DNA of 64,000 nucleotides, taken from Octopus vulgaris (Eukaryota). Each line of letters starts with the position of its first letter. Positions within the stretch are counted from its first letter, which is position 1. Below are positions 40,925-55,377 of the stretch, piece after piece. Below the pieces are notes generated by a model. It worked only from the letters and a program-made list of their open reading frames with translations. It was not told where the DNA came from and did no database searches. The position numbers and the translations under genes were made by a program. Where the stretch lies: assembly GCA_951406725.2 (NCBI GenBank), contig OX597817.1, positions 74,710,001 to 74,774,000 on the forward strand, given 5' to 3'.

Positions 40925-42146
40925 TAACTGTATCATCATCATCGTTTAACGTCCATTTTCTATGCATGCATATATATCTATATGTATACATAGACACATA
41001 TACACATACAACTGGGCCTCTTGCCCACTTTCCTTCTTAAACTGACCACAAAACTCATCTCTATCACTGACTCTCTCCATGACCTGCCTAACTGTAATAA
41101 TCTGCTGCTGTAATTAAATGTGAGCAAAAATGTATACTTCAATAGCTTTTCCCTGATACCACTTGTCTTTCTCACTACCTTGAACCACCTCACTTGATAC
41201 CTCTCTTTCATTCTTAATACTGCCTTTCTTCACTCAGTGTTTACATTGATGACCCTTCTGTGCCACCAGATTATATCTCCTTTTCCATGCATCACTCTCC
41301 CTATGCACTACACCTCCCACTCTTGCAACCTATCCAACCACACGGCTCTTTCTTTCGTCCTTCCCCTCTCTACTGTATCATTATCACACTCTGCTGCTCT
41401 TCACCCTTTCTGTACTATCACTCATCACCTTTTCTCCCCTCACTTCATGTTATCATTTGATCACCTTCATCCCTTGTCCACTGTTCATTACATCCACCCC
41501 TCATCCCTATCCAATCTCTACAGTCATCACCTACTCTTACCTATCTTCCCTCCAACGTATATTTATCATCCCTCAACACTTGTTCTTCATTCATTATATT
41601 TACCCCTCACCCATTCCCCATCTTTAACCATTTCATTCTCCCCATGCTTTCTTGCAACCTCTACCTACCACTGTTCTGTGCTCACTCACTTCTACTCATT
41701 TTGTATCTTGAGGTCTTCCCTGACACCTAGTCTCCACTATTTCATTATACTTTCTAGTACTATCTCTGCTACTCCCATATTTTCTTCTACAGCATAAATA
41801 GCCATGGAAGCACCTCTACAACAATAAAGCTGTTCTGGCCTGGTCTCTTCTCATGCTTTAACCTCTCATCTCTTAGCATAAAGCCACCTCCCTTATACTC
41901 AGTGGAAGGAAATCTTAAGTTGCAAGCTGCATAGCAATAGCAATGTATCTTGTGTTCATCCATGAAGAAAAAAAAGCACCCAGTACACCCTGTAATGTTG
42001 TTGGTGTTAGGAAGGGCGTCCAGCCATAGTAACCATGCTGAAACACAAATTGGGGCATGATACATCAGATGCTATCAAACCATGCCAGCATGAAAGACGG
42101 GCATTAAAAGATAATGATGGTGATGATATATGTATGTGTGTTTATA

Positions 42147-42181
<35 letters not shown>

Positions 42182-42285
42182 CCAGCAGGGTGGCGTCATT
42201 TGAGGCGAAGCGCATTGTGATCAGCGATGTGCAGCAACATCTGATAGTCTGGTCGATCACGTGATATATATATATATACGATCAC

Positions 42286-42324
<39 letters not shown>

Positions 42325-42327
<3 letters not shown>

Positions 42328-42474
42328 TTCTATATTTAAGAGATGAGGAATCATGTACATTATTTACATTTGACGGATATTTGTCCCCATCTTATTTGTT
42401 GTTAACACAACGTTTCGGCTGATATACCCTCCAGTCTTCATCAGGCTGGAGGATATATATCAGCTGAAACGTTG
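42325..42474 (-). mobile_element. Penelope-like pLTR fragment with HHR core, folded back as a head-to-head inversion
   Basis: Minus strand: CUGAUGA A GACUG gaggguauau CAGCC GAAAC GUU GUG. Positions 42408-42437 and 42444-42474 are an inverted pair; the fragment sits between TA and GATA microsatellites. Confidence 0.62.
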
Positions 42475-43723
42475 ATAGATAGATAGATAGCTGTATAATA
42501 TATGTATATACTTATGCTTACACGTGTTTGTATCGATATGTATGTATTTGTATATTTGGACACGCCTTTTATGTGTATAGATGGGCTAATGTGTATATAA
42601 TTCGTGTATATTTCTATATATATTCTTGTATATGTACACACTATCCCCCCTCCTCACATGCGCACGCATAAGCATGTATATATTACATATTTTTTTGACG
42701 GAAAGTGTAGAGTTTTTATATATGTAATCAATCTGATTTTTCTTTCTTATCTTTTTCTTTGTCTTCAGTGGTTAATTATTCATGAAATTGATACCTTACG
42801 ATTTGATCATAGTGTTGCATACATTTGTGTGTGTGTGTGCCTGCGCGCGCGCAATTCAGGGCCAATTTTCCCCAGACTACTGTATCGAATGTGTGGATCC
42901 TAATTTTTAAAATGATAGTGTGTGTGGTATGTGGAAGCTTTAGCTGCTATTTCTCGTATATTGTTTTCTAACCATGTATAGACCCTCTTGTTGCCTCGTT
43001 TGGATTTGCCAGATATGTGAGCAGGAACGTTCTGTTTACCTTCCTGCTATGATCTGTCCCATGGAATGGTCAGATTTCATTCATGTAAAACCTGTCTTTG
43101 TCTCCGATCCATTTTCATTTAATTTTGATGCTATTTTTTTTTCTTTTGTGTATATTAATATTCAAAAGAAAAGAAATAAAAGAAGAAAAATCCAAATCTT
43201 TTCGTATTATCATCATCACCATGATCATGATGATGACGCTGATTTAGTTAAGAAGTTCTGGTTTCACCTGATGGTGTTTCCAAGGAAATGTTTTCATGTT
43301 GTGAAGGGAAAATGCCATATTCTATAAGAAAGCCGACAGTTTTGGTAAAGAAGTTGGGGTGGTGAAGTTGGTGGAACAACCATCTGTTATTATAAGCATC
43401 TATTTATATGTAATATAACAACATTGATATCTTGTTCCATTATGAAGTCAGACCGAATCCGAATGAGGGTTGCAGTATATTGTACCATGAGATCACAGTA
43501 AAGAAAGAAAAAAAACAAGTGTGTGTGTGTGGGGGGGGGGGTAGATTTTAGTCTACACATTCATAAATACCCATTCACTGGCCACATCTACATCACACCC
43601 ACACGATAATCTACATTACATTTATAAAAACAGGATATGTATATACACATTGAACATTATATATATATAAAGTTCAATGTATAAATTATTTAAATATATA
43701 TATATGTATGTATAATATATATA

Positions 43724-43758
<35 letters not shown>

Positions 43759-45161
43759 CATCCTGATTTGTATATTCATTCCCCATCGTCGAAAGTTTGA
43801 AATAAACTGTAGTAGCTTTAATATGATTCATTGTGAAAACCTGATCGTTTTTAACAGTTAACACTGAATTTATTCTCAGATATTAAACAAAATTAATCAA
43901 ACGATATCGCTGGAAAGAACACTACCAAATCGTAATAATTAACTAATATGCTAAATAATGATGATAATAATTAATCAGATTAATTATAATAAGAGAAGTG
44001 AAATGGTGTAATTAGAAATTAGGTCATTGAGAGGGGGGGGATATATCTTATGCAAGGTTCAGTTTTTGTTATATATATGTCGAATGTAGTGCATAGCCTT
44101 AGCTCGCTGTGCAACTCCTTACTTAAGATAACTGATTATTACATACGCATATGTATATCCCACAAACAATTATATATATATATATATATATATAGACACT
44201 CTCTCTCTCTCTCTATATATATATATGTGTGTGTGTGTGTGCAAACTCCATACACACACACCTTCAGGCACATGTATATTTACATAAGTGTTCAGTTTCA
44301 CCTTTTTCCTTTCGAGTCCTCCTTCCCTCCATCGAAAATCAAACCAATTTTCATGATAATGAGTTCTGATTATCATTATTTACTCTGTTGTTTGTATTAG
44401 GGTTACACACACACACACACACACACATCTGCGTGCATGTGTGTGATCAGGGAAATACAACTCAAAACGTGAGTGTATGTATGTATGTATGTATATATAT
44501 ATATATATATATAAGTTACAAAGTGAACACTCAAGGGCCTAGAGTTTCGTTCATTGGTACTTGTCAAATCGGTTTCAAATTAGTCATCATTAGAGTGACT
44601 TCATTTATAGAAACCACCAATTTTATAAGTTCTCGATCCTTACGTCACTTTATAACTTTTACTCATTGTACACACATAAAGTTGTTACGGTTTTTGCTTT
44701 TCCTCTTTTCTTGGATTTCCAAGGCTATTAATTTGCTTTCGACGATGCGAGACTGGTTACAAAAAAGTGCAGAGGAAAAAAATGAACTTGTTAGCCACAC
44801 ATTTTCTTTGTTCGTCTCATAGATATACAGACAAAACAAATATTTGTGTTATATATACACACACATACGTATACCTATAAATAAGCACCTTACTACAAGT
44901 TGGTCGCCTGATTTTTTTAGTTTATTTATAGTTTGCTGTGTGTGTGTGTGTGTGTAAGTAAATATCTGTACACACACACACACACACACATCTTGGGAAC
45001 AACCTTTTATAAAAAAAAAAAATTTTTTTAAGTTAGCTTGTACTGTAGATTTTCTTTATCTCATGTTTATTTTTATAAGGTTCTTTCTCGTTTTTTTCTT
45101 AATGGGTCCCTTTGCAGCTTAGAATTGTATTGTATTAAAGTAGTGTATGTGTGAATGTATA

Positions 45162-45228
<67 letters not shown>

Positions 45229-45865
45229 TGCTTTAGTATTATAATTGCTGGTTAGGGCTGCTGCACGTCGACATGTTTAAAAGCTGTTCCAGTTAAATTG
45301 TGGCGAGGAAATGTATGTTACTCTGGTAAACAAAAAACAACAACAAAAATTAATGTTGTGTGAAGATTTCCGTTTTTTTTGCTCTTCATAGTTTACGCTC
45401 TTAACAACGGACATACGTGATTGTTGCCCATCTCGGCTCCTCTGACTCCCATTTATATCTGTCTCGTATGCATCACACAACACTGTACTTTTCCCGTACG
45501 ATTGACATGTTGCAGCCAGCCAGCCAGCCAATCAACCAGCCTGCTCGCCTCATGCATTGTTGTATTATTAAGAATACCATACGGAAATTATTGTGTGCAC
45601 CATCTTTCTCTCTCTCTTTCACACACGCATTGTGTACATTAGGTGTGTGTGATATGCATCTTTTGGTGTCGGTGCATCGCTATGTGATTCGATGCGTGCG
45701 TGTGTGCATATACGTATGTATGCAGTGTCTATATTGTATCAACAACTTCTAGTCTCCAATAGTTATTTATCTTGGCATGTAAACATGTGAATGAATGTTT
45801 CTTTCTCATTTACATGTTTAGCAATATGCATGGATACACACTCTTCTCTCTCCGTCATGTATAAT

Positions 45866-45901
<36 letters not shown>

Positions 45902-46469
45902 TTATACTCATACCCCCCCATACACATCTATACTCACATGCATCTACTGTGAATATTAATCTCTCAAGTAGTGCCTATTTTGCAATGTTTGTTTGTCTAT
46001 CTATACATGCATCCATGTCTCTCTCATATTCGTGTTTGTATATATTAACACACACACACACACACACACATGATACATATCTACACAATATATATCAATC
46101 ACTTGCTCACGCGGTGTCTACTTGGATTATTATATTTGTCCAATATAAAGAATTCATAGTTTTTATGGTGTTTCAGGTTATTGTTTTCTTTTATAAAATC
46201 CAAAGTTATTAAACAACCACGCTCATAACGTTTATCAAATCGCTTTTGTGTGTATGTTTTTTTTTGTTTATTTCTTAGTTTCATAGAAGGAAGCTCTGAG
46301 AGATTTAGAAATGTATTATTTCTATAAAAAAAAAATGTTTTTCATCTAAATTTTTGTCATCTTTGATGAAATCTCTACTTTCTTTTTCACACCGTTTGTT
46401 TTCTTTGAAAGTCGTTTCTGCAAAATTTTGGTGGCAAAGAAAACTCACCCTGATAATGTTTGTCCTATG

Positions 46470-47592
46470 GATTACTTGTTTCGAAGTCGATAAAATAAGT
46501 ACCAGTTGTGCACTGGAGCTGATGTAATCGATTCATCCCACTCCCTAAAAAAAAAATGCTAGCCTTGGGCTAAAATTTGGAATCATTAATTCCGCCGAGG
46601 TCGACTTTACCTTTCATTCTTTGTGGTTGATAAAATAAGCAAGCACCAGTCAAGCACTGGGCCGACGTAATCGACTAGTCTCCTCCCACAAAGATTTTAG
46701 ATCTTATACAAATAAATAGCAGAAAGGTTAGCTGGCAGAATCCTTAGTACGCCTTAGCAGCATTTCGTCCATCTTCACGTTCTGAGTTCAAATTCCGCCG
46801 AGGTTGACTTTGGCCCTCAGCCTTACGAGGCCAATAAAATAAGTACTAGTTGAGCACTGAGGTCGGTGTAATCGACTTATTCCTCACTCCCCGAACTTGC
46901 TGGTCTTGTGCCAAATTAGAAACCATTATTATTGTTGTTGTTAGAGGGTAGTGTATTGGTAGAATCGTTAGAGCATTGGAAAAAAATGTCTTGCGGGATT
47001 TGTTCTGAGTTCAAATCACTTCGAAGTCGTCTTTGCTTTTTATCTTTATTGGGTCGACAAAATAAAGCTACCCACGAAGAACTGCGGGTTGATTTAATGA
47101 CTATTCCCCTTCCTTCATAGTCGCAAGCCCTGTGCTTAAATTTCTTATAGTTACGGCGGCGAGCTAGTAGAGTCGTTAGAGCGTCGGACAATTTGCATTG
47201 CGGTATTTTTTCCGTCTCTCTGTTCTGAGTTCAAATCCCGCCGAGATCAATTCTGTGTTTAATTCTTTCAGGGTCGATAAAATAAAGTACCAGTCAAGTT
47301 TTAGGGGCGATGATATCCAGTAGAACCCCTCCGCTCAAAATTGCCGGCCTTGTGCCAAAATTAGGAAGAAATAATATTAAGGCGGTGAGGTAGCAGAAGC
47401 GTTAGCGTGTTGCACAAAATGTTTTGCAGCATTTCCTCTGGGTATTTACGTTCTGAGTTCAAATCCCGCTGGGGTTGACTTTACCTTTCATTCCTTACTG
47501 TATCGGAAAAGTAAGTGCCATTTGAGCACTGGGGTCGATGTAATCAACTACCATCCACCCTAAACATTTCAGGTCTTGAGCGTATAGTAGAA
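46470..47592 (+). repeat. Tandem head-to-tail array of about 6 SINE D units
   Basis: GTTCTGAGTTCAAAT and AAGTACCAG.(T)GAGCACTGGGGTCGATGTAATCGACT recur with a period of ~120-240 bp. Confidence 0.8.
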
Positions 47593-50041
47593 TGTCGTTG
47601 TTATTGTTGTCACTACTATTGCAGTTGTTAATATTATTGGTGATAACGACCAGTGAGTAGGAGTATCTTTCTTACGTACGGATGCGTTTATCTAAAGAGA
47701 TAAATAACCAGTGAACGATGACAGTAAACCATTTCTTCTTGAAGATGGTTGGGGGTCTGCTTTATATCAGAATTTTCGGTAGCTCATCTCTTTCTTCTTC
47801 AGAAACGGCTGTGTTGACATCATGCATTTAATATGAAATCATTCCAAGTTGCCCAGCCTCTGTTTAATTGATTTTTCTCTGTCTTATAATTATTTATCAG
47901 ATTGAAGAGTGTCTTTCCCTCACCTTAGTTGTTCTCTCTTTGTTTCTTTTTCCCTCTCTCTCCGTATTCATTATTTTCTTTGTCTTCCACCGATAACAAC
48001 AACAACAACAACAATAATAATTGTTGTTGTTTTTTCCAAGCTCGCTTTGTTTATCTTGTATGGTATTGTTATTATGCTGTTGCTTGTACTGTATTTTTCT
48101 TGCCGATTATTCCATTATCGTTGTAGTTAATAACTAACTTGTATGAGGTTGGATTTACCTTTCCAGTCGTTGGTTGATGTTTAAATAAAAATTAAAATAT
48201 GTATAAACGAGAATCATTCTATTGTCTATCTCCCCCATTAACTTAAAAAATGAAAACAGCGCAAAAAAAAAAAAATGCCCCGTTGAGCTTGGTACTGAAC
48301 TGAAAATATAAATCTGTTTTCGATCAGTCTTAAATTTAATTTTTGACATTGTTTGTTATTTAAAAAAAAATACTAATAAGAAAATTAATAAATTAATCAT
48401 TATCAAGTCCGCTGAGCGAAGGTTTTAAACCTCATCGACTGAGGCATTTAAATGCTGTTTTTGTTTTTGTCATGAGAGTTCAAAAACTGGAACACATCAT
48501 TGTGTTTTTTTAAAAGCAATTGAAAATATAAAGAAAAAATACACCCCTCCCCATAAACTGAAAACCTCGCTGGAATTTGGTTGGTGGTAATTCTATTTTC
48601 ATTTGCACCATTTTAATAAATGCCTAAATTCCTCTTCTTTCCCTTCTCTTTCTCTTTTCTTTATCTCCCATTTTTCCTACTTAACTAACTGGATCATTAT
48701 AGCAAACGTCTATTGAAGCTTTTATTTTATTATTATTATTATTATCACTTTCTTTTATGATAGAAATTTCTTATTGCTTCTGCTCTTCATGAATTGGTTT
48801 CTCATCCTGTACCACATAATGTATCAGATGGAGAAAAAGACAGAGCTGGTGATAGATAAATGTGGTGGTGCATTACTGACTGTCCATGTTATTGAAATCA
48901 TCTCCCATCAACCTACATATTTTAAACATTCTAACACACACACACGTTTTGAAAGGCTCTTTCCTGCTGTTTAATTTCATTACATTAACAAGCCATTTAG
49001 TAAAACTGAAATACTGCATATGCATTTATAATTTATATCTCTATTGTGTTTTTGAGTAAAATTAAATGAGGTTATTTATGCAACAAGTAACATAAAACCG
49101 CAAATCATTGTAGTTGGTGTAGTGTAAATAACTGGACAGTATAAATGATAGTTGAGCACTCTCATCTAGTTAGTGCTGGTACCTTAATAACCTGAACTGG
49201 TTTTATTCAACAATGCATCGAAAGAAAAAATGCATTTAAAAACATTATGGCCATTGGATACCCCTGCAGAATTAATATTTTGCCAGTACTTGGACCAGTC
49301 ACCTTTTCTGAGGAAAATATATCTCTGATGTTGCATTTCATTTTGGCTGCTCCTCCAGTTGTACCCATGATCATCAGAGGATAATGGTGAAAAGGGTTTC
49401 TTAGTGGAGCCTTACTAGCAGAGGGAAGACTCCAGAGGCTTGAACTTTAAAATAAGGACTCTGATATCGTTATCTTCATTACCATCATCGTTTTTATGCT
49501 CACTTTTCCATGCTTGCATGAAATTTCGTTGAGGCAGATTTTCTATGGCCAGATGCCTTTCCTGTCACCAACTCTCACTTATTTCCAAATAAGGTAATAT
49601 TTCCCCATAACCTGACATGTTTTTTACGCAATATTTGGAATGCAAGGCAATGCATGCTGCATAATAGTGACATTCATTTATAACTATCATGCGACGTCAA
49701 GTCAAAGAAACAGTAACACACACACACACTCACACACATGCACACATATACATGACGGGCTTCTTTCAGTTTCTTTTCACCAAACCTGCTCACAAGGCTT
49801 TGGTTAGACTGGGGCTATAACAGATGCATGCCCATGAGGTTGCATAGTGAACTAACTATGCCTGTGCCTATGTCCAGATAATCCTATTTCCTGTTTGTGA
49901 CATGTGTCTCTCCAGCAAGTACAAGATTGTATAAAAAGTTCACCTGAAGCTACTGATTTCCAATCAGGCTATTTGCTATCTTTCTCTTCTCACAAAACTA
50001 ATGCAAAATTCATTATTATAATGAAAATACACACACACATA

Positions 50042-50095
<54 letters not shown>

Positions 50096-50995
50096 ATAGC
50101 AATAATTGGAGGAAGTTTCTCTTTTTCCCTTCCCAGTATTTGTGGATATTTTCTCTTTAGAACTGTCCTTCAAAAGTTCAAAGTTAACATTAGCTCTGTT
50201 AATTTCAGCTGTCTTCGTCTTCCATTTGTAAAGTGACTGGTAAAACACTACCTACTAGAGTTCTTCTTCAGGCAGAATTACAATAAAAAGACATTGAACC
50301 AAATTTGTAGAAACACATGAAGCTTAAGTACTTCCCACCTTTTTCATTTCTATTCTATTGCTGTCCACTTACATATTTGTTCCATTGAGATTAATTAAAT
50401 AAACATCAATAATTTACTTTCATCAAGATATTCAACTGAAATATTATTAGATTCCTTTGTAGGAGTTTGCTGTTAGATCACCACTACAATATATTGTTGT
50501 ACTACTCTATCTTATTAATCCCATATGTTCCTGTTGGCAACTTATTAAAAGCAAGAATGATAATCCTGGCTAAAATTATTGACCACCTAATGGAAATGGT
50601 TAAGAGGCTAATATTACTTATACATTAGATAAACAAGTAATTAATTAAGCAGTTTAGTGTAAACATACTGGATTATTGATACCCTATTACTATTGAAGCT
50701 TGTTGAACTCCTGTTTGGTCACTTGATATGCTTGAAATAGCAAACAAATCTTCCTCAAATCACATCCTATATTGAATAAATGTAGCCTTAGCTTACAGTG
50801 TCAGAATAAAAGCAAAGATGGCCATAACAGGAACACATTTGATTATTGGGCTGCTTTATCAAGGCTAACCTGGAACTAAATGACTTCTGCCAAACTAAAA
50901 ATAAGTGAATTCCCTCTTTGGGCTAGAAATATCAAGTTCACTATGCTAATGACTTAACTATACTTATATACTTTGTTAATAATTTTTTTAATATA

Positions 50996-51382
50996 CTAGC
51001 AGTATCGCCCGGCGTTGCTCAGGTTTGTTTCGGCCCTTTAGAATTGGAATTTTTGAAAAGTAAAAATTTTACAGTATGTAGCTTATTATTCTCTTTAAGT
51101 GAACATTTTTCTGGTTGAAATACACTGAAAAATAGCGACACAGCAGTCAAAAAATCGTAAAAAAAATAGGGGTTTTCATAGAAAAAAAGCACCTTTTTGA
51201 TGTAAATAATTTTTGGTGTTAACATGGTCCGATTTAAATTTTTTCTTCCTCAGAAGGAAGAGCAAGCCTTCTATCATACTCTCAATTTTGGTCAACTTGC
51301 GCCGCAGGGTCTCGGAGGAGATAGTGTTAGTTGAAGGCTACCAAACCTGTCATACACAGACAACTTCAGCTTTATATATAGA
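50996..51382 (-). mobile_element. Non-autonomous Helitron
   Basis: Minus strand A|TCTATATATAAAG...CTGAGCAACGCCGGGCGATACTGCTAG|T, inserted between A and T. Confidence 0.8.
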
Positions 51383-53018
51383 TTTCTGTTGAAATATACT
51401 GCTTTTGTTTCAGTAAATTAAAAAAATAAACAACAATTTATTAAATGTAACTTTATCATTATTAAGCTGATGTTTGAAACATAAATTAGCATGAAATTTT
51501 GATGGTAGGTTTTAGGATGACATTAAAACAAGGAGTTAGTGTCATAGAACCAGGGGCAGTTTCAGGATGGTTGGTATCAAGAGTGTTAAACTCATGTAAA
51601 ATAACATCAGAGTTTAAGCTATTAACATTTTGTAAAGTATTTGAGGGTTGTTGGATATTTCTCCCTTAAAATGTATATGATTTTGAAGAACATCAAAGAT
51701 ACCAGAAGTGATGATCTGCAAATCTTCAAACTCCAAATGCTAAGCTGTACAGTGTCTGTTGATCATTAATTGAAACTGCACATCTACAACTTGGCCTAGA
51801 CATTAATGGGTGGTAGATTAACTCTATTGCCACCGCATGAGCCTTGTGGCCCTTTTAGCAGAATGCATTCCGTTGCAAATGTTTAGACTAGGTCTCTGTT
51901 CTGAGAATAGACCATAAGTCATCGTTTATTCCTTCCTTTCCCCTATATTAATTCTGGTGACTCTACAAAAGCTCATGGGTATTGCCTTCCCTCCTCTGTC
52001 TATAAGCTGTTACAACAATAGTATACGAGGCTGGGTTTCATATCCAGAGTCAAGCAATACTGAATTGCTGAACAGTATAATGATACTACATTAAAGTAAT
52101 GTTCACATGCCTGGGACTTCACAGCTGCTACATTCATACATTTTCAATTGCAATCAAAGAAAATCTGATTAATAGTTAACCTATGACTCATAAATGCACT
52201 ACCTGTACTATGTTCTACACGTACTGTATCTTCCTGTCTACTAACACTACTACAATAGTCCTTGTTCCTCTGAACTAGTATTACTCCAACCCACTTCTCA
52301 CTTCTCATCTTTTCTATTTTGCCTCCTCTAAAACTCTATATGCCTCTCTATGTATAGAGTAAGGCCCACTTTTTGATGAGTAAGTTTAGCTGATGTAATT
52401 GATCCAGTTAGCTAAATGGTCTTAAGTTATGGTTTTCTGGAATGAAAAATGAAAGGAAAAATCACCAAGGCCCACTTTAATTATCACAATACATTTTGTT
52501 CAATTTTGTTGAACAATTCTACTATAATAACGATACAACTCCTGAAACCTGTTTAGAAGTTCCGTTTATTTTGACAAAGGACAATTGTAGGAGGGAGTAC
52601 TGAACATAGTATATCAGTTGAGAAAATACAGTGTCATGCAGACTTTAGCTTGATCTAAGAAATAAGACTCAAGAGGGAAGTGAGTCAGAACACTCCAAAA
52701 ATATTTAAATAGATAAGTCATAATGAATTTTGGTTATAAGATATGCTGTTTTTTAATGGCATCCATTGTTGACTTACATTGATTTTCTTTTTTTTTTTAA
52801 ACATGTAAGTTAATTTCAAGGTATATTTGGTTTGCTTGTTAACATTTTTCATTACTTTTAATTAACCATAAAAAATATCAGCTTATAAAATTAGTAAGTT
52901 ATTTGAATAATATTTATTTCATACTTTTATGATGTAAGGACAACAAGCTTCTATGTTTGAACTTCATTTAATCGATTGTGAAACAAAATTTTCTCAGTCA
53001 TTGTAAACATCAATGGTA

Positions 53019-53194
53019 GGCGTAGGAGTGGCTGTGTGGTAAGTAGCTTGCTTACAAACCACATAGTTCCGGGTACAGTCCCACTGTGTGGCACCTTAGG
53101 CAAGTGTCTTCTAGTATAGCCTTGGGCCAACCGCCTTGTGAGTGGATTTGGTAGACGGAAACTGAAGAAAGCCTGTTGTATATATGTATGTATG

Positions 53195-53247
<53 letters not shown>

Positions 53248-53275
53248 TTGTCCCCCTAGCATCACTTGACAACAG
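53019..53275 (+). mobile_element. SINE family B copy
   Basis: Same head and body; many further partial copies, e.g. ~7560, 13660, 49755, 53800, 54790, 59865 and 63940. Confidence 0.8.
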
Positions 53276-54165
53276 CATTATAAAAATGACCACTTTTGAA
53301 AAGTCCTTTATCTATTTCTTGTTCTGACATGTTCTTGCATGTATACACACTGCATTCACTTTACAGATAGAATCTCTTGCCTCTCAGAGGTAAAGGCTCT
53401 TTGAATTTCCTCCATCCAATTCTTCTAGATATCACACACTCGGTGCATCTCTCCCACTACTAATTTGGTCCCCCTAGGTAGCAGAAATTATCTAATGCTT
53501 TTTGATGAGCCACCAGGGTATGTATCTATATATGTGTGAGTGTATGTATGTTTGTCTACCTTGTCCTGACATCGTGTGGTTGTTGTAAATGAGTGTCACT
53601 GTCAAATAATCAGTGTGATTCATCTCCAATATTTTGTGGAAACATGTCTGACCATGGGGAAACATTATCTTGCTTGGAAACGGGTGAGCATTGGTGACAG
53701 GAAGGGTATCCAGCCATTAGTAAACTCCACCTGACTCATGCAAACACAGAAAAGTGGATGTTAAAACAATGATGATGATAACATATGACTCTGGGGACGA
53801 AGTTTGCTTTATAGTTCCTGGTTTGTTCCCACTGCGTGACACCATAGGCAAGTGACTTCTGATATAGCTTTGGATTTACAAATGCCTTAATAGTGGACAG
53901 AAACTGTACGGAAGTCTGTATATGTATATCTGATTGTCCTCATGTGTGTTTTGATATTATGTACTTAAGGCATAAAAACAGCGACACAATTTAGATTGTG
54001 TCACTGTTTACACCTGTTATAGAATCATGTCCTGTTGCAAAAAAGGTGTGGGGAGGGGATAGGTGATCTACGTACTTGGCAACAAATGAGACACAAACTG
54101 CACCCCATTGTTGAAAACAGCCTCAACAAGTCAAACCTTTTAGAAGAAAAAGCAGATACAAAAGC

Positions 54166-54231
<66 letters not shown>

Positions 54232-54364
54232 ATTTCAACAAGCATGTATATATATTTTTATATGTGTAACATATGCACACATAAACAAGCCTCTCTGTCA
54301 CACTCTAATCTTTCATCTGACTCAAGATCACCTCCTCCAATGCCCCTTCCTCTCTTGAAATTCC

Positions 54365-54680
54365 TTGTCTTGTAAGTTACTTGGTGACCCTGCTGGTGCC
54401 ACATTAAAAGCATCCAGTCCACACTGTGAAGTGGTTGGTGCTAGGAAGGGCATCCAGCCATAAAAACCATGCCAAAACTGACCATATCTGTGCTGGTGCC
54501 ACACAAAAAGTACTCAGTCCACTCTTTCTAGGTGGTTGGTGTTAGGAAGGGCATCCAGCTGTAAAAACCATGCCAAAACAGACACAGTAGCCTGGTGTAG
54601 TCTTCTACCTGGCTGGCTCCTGTTAAACCATCCAACCCATGCTAGCATGGAAGGCAGACATTAAACAAAGATGATGATAA
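54365..54680 (+). mobile_element. SINE family C copy with internal ~100-bp tandem duplication
   Basis: GCTGGTGCCAC..GTGGTTGGTG.TAGGAAGGGCATCCAGC..AAAACCATGCCAAAAC occurs twice. Confidence 0.75.
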
Positions 54681-54727
54681 TGAATTATCTCAACAGGCAT
54701 GTACATATATTGCTATATGTATGTGTA

Positions 54728-54777
<50 letters not shown>

Positions 54778-55103
54778 TATATAAACAGTTGCAGACAGAG
54801 GTGTGTTGTTAAAAAGTTTGCTTCACAACTATTGGTTTCAGGGTCACTCTCACTGCATGGTATTTTGGGCAAGTAACTTCTAGTTTAGCTTTGCGAATGA
54901 AATTTGGTAGACGACACTGCTTTAACAGTGCTAACATTTTGTTTGTGTCCTGCATAAACAACATACCTGGCAGCTCAGGGTTTCTATGACCAATAGAATA
55001 AGGTATTTAACTTGGAAACTAGTAAGAACTGACAATGGCATTTAACTATAGATTACTGTCTCAAGAAGTTTCATCTAGCCCATGCCAACATGTAAAGAGT
55101 GGG

Positions 55104-55333
55104 TTAACCCTTTCATTACCGTATTTATTTTGAGGTGCTCTGTGTTTCTTTCAATTAATTTTAAATATAACAAATAATTTAGTAAAATAACTTAGTTATC
55201 ATTAAGCTAGTGTTAGCAACATAAATTGTGACTAAGGTTTGGTGGAAGATTTTAATTCTAAACTTATGAAAACAAGACATTTGTACTAGAGATCCAGAGG
55301 CAGTTTCAGCCAGGTTGGTATTGAAAGGGTTAA
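55104..55333 (+). mobile_element. piggyBac-like MITE
   Basis: TTAA|CCCTTTC...GAAAGGG|TTAA, about 220 bp. Confidence 0.78.
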
Positions 55334-55377
55334 ACATAATACAAAATGAGACATTCACAAACACTTTTTATTGTGGC

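Noticed and set aside
46470-47592. CRISPR-like periodicity
   Set aside because: Units are >100-bp diverged SINE copies in eukaryotic DNA; no cas genes.
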